From the NCBI GenBank assembly GCA_965655095.1, contig OZ296651.1:24366001-24430000 (forward strand): DNA of 64,000 nt, in the 5' to 3' direction. This stretch comes from Haplodiscus bocki (Eukaryota). Made by a program: the position numbers and the translations under genes. How positions within the stretch are numbered: the stretch's first letter is position 1; every line of letters begins with the position of its first letter. The notes below the pieces were generated by a model. The model made no database searches. It saw only the letters and a program-made list of their open reading frames with translations, and was not told the origin of the DNA. Below are positions 63,251 through 64,000 of the stretch, in pieces.

Positions 63251-64000
63251 CTGTAGATTCGCGCTTTTCTTTAATTTCCCTAATTGAACTTGTCTTGTCT
63301 TCACTGTTAATTTATATGGTAAACCAACTTAACGATTCTCCTGACACTCAGCGGGGACAAAGACATCGTTCCATGAAATTCCAAGACTTCACTTTCCTTC
63401 TTCCCCCTTTTTTAATGTCCTCTTGTTGCCGGTGAGCCGGTGATGCCTGTGATGTGGATCACTGTCAAGTATAATATTTAAATCAATTTTGCCTTTGCAA
63501 GCTGTTACTAATTTCAACCGTAAACTTGTACTGACAATTTTAATTTTCTTTAGAGCGAATTTTTTAGTTGCAGAAATGAAATCAACGGAAAAAGACTTCA
63601 ATTAGTCTTTAGAGTTTCAGAAACTTTTTCAGAAATATTTTTATTCTACGTTCTCACAAACTTTTATACTTGTTTTTTCATTATGATATTTCGCAAGTAC
63701 ACACTAAACAATCTTTCTATGTTATTTTTAGTAAAAAGGCGAACGTCAAAGTGTCACCATTTGAATAAACGTCTTTCTATTCGTATTCTTCTGAATAGAA
63801 CATACTTATTAAACAAAAGCAACATTTGAAATTTTTCAATAAAGTCTTCTAGTTCGCGGGTAAATTTCAGTGCGTTGCCGTTTTGCTAAAATGTTTTTGA
63901 AAAGTTTTGTTTCTCCAATACGATTTAGTATGGAGCCATCAAAACAAACACATTCAAAACTATCATTGTCCAATAGCCTTTTTCTTACACTTTTCAATGT

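Overview
AT-rich eukaryotic DNA, almost certainly from an invertebrate animal, dominated by decayed transposons. No prokaryotic features (operons, rRNA, CRISPR) are present. There are two intact host genes, both on the minus strand: a MIIP homologue with a single coding exon (21943-23124) and an RBM15/spenito homologue with two coding exons (3 RRMs + SPOC; 39846-40247 and 36956-38698). Mobile DNA comprises: (1) a comparatively young CR1/L2-type LINE at 1-~3200, with an extra SGNH-like ORF upstream of the PHD-finger ORF1 and with ORF2 in frame behind a single UGA-CUG stop; (2) a full-length but pseudogenised Polinton/Maverick at 5470-19949, with AGTAGT...ACTACT ends, ~50-bp TIRs, a 6-bp TSD (GATGTA/GATATA), all core genes co-oriented and both termini able to fold into hairpins; (3) two older CR1/L2 LINEs and a Penelope GIY-YIG remnant; (4) a ~2.4-2.7 kb tandem array apparently derived from an internally deleted pPolB of a second Polinton lineage; (5) a probable Helitron-type Rep remnant. 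Calls on decayed elements come from my hand translation across frameshifts and recalled family motifs, and their boundaries are approximate. No database searches were run.
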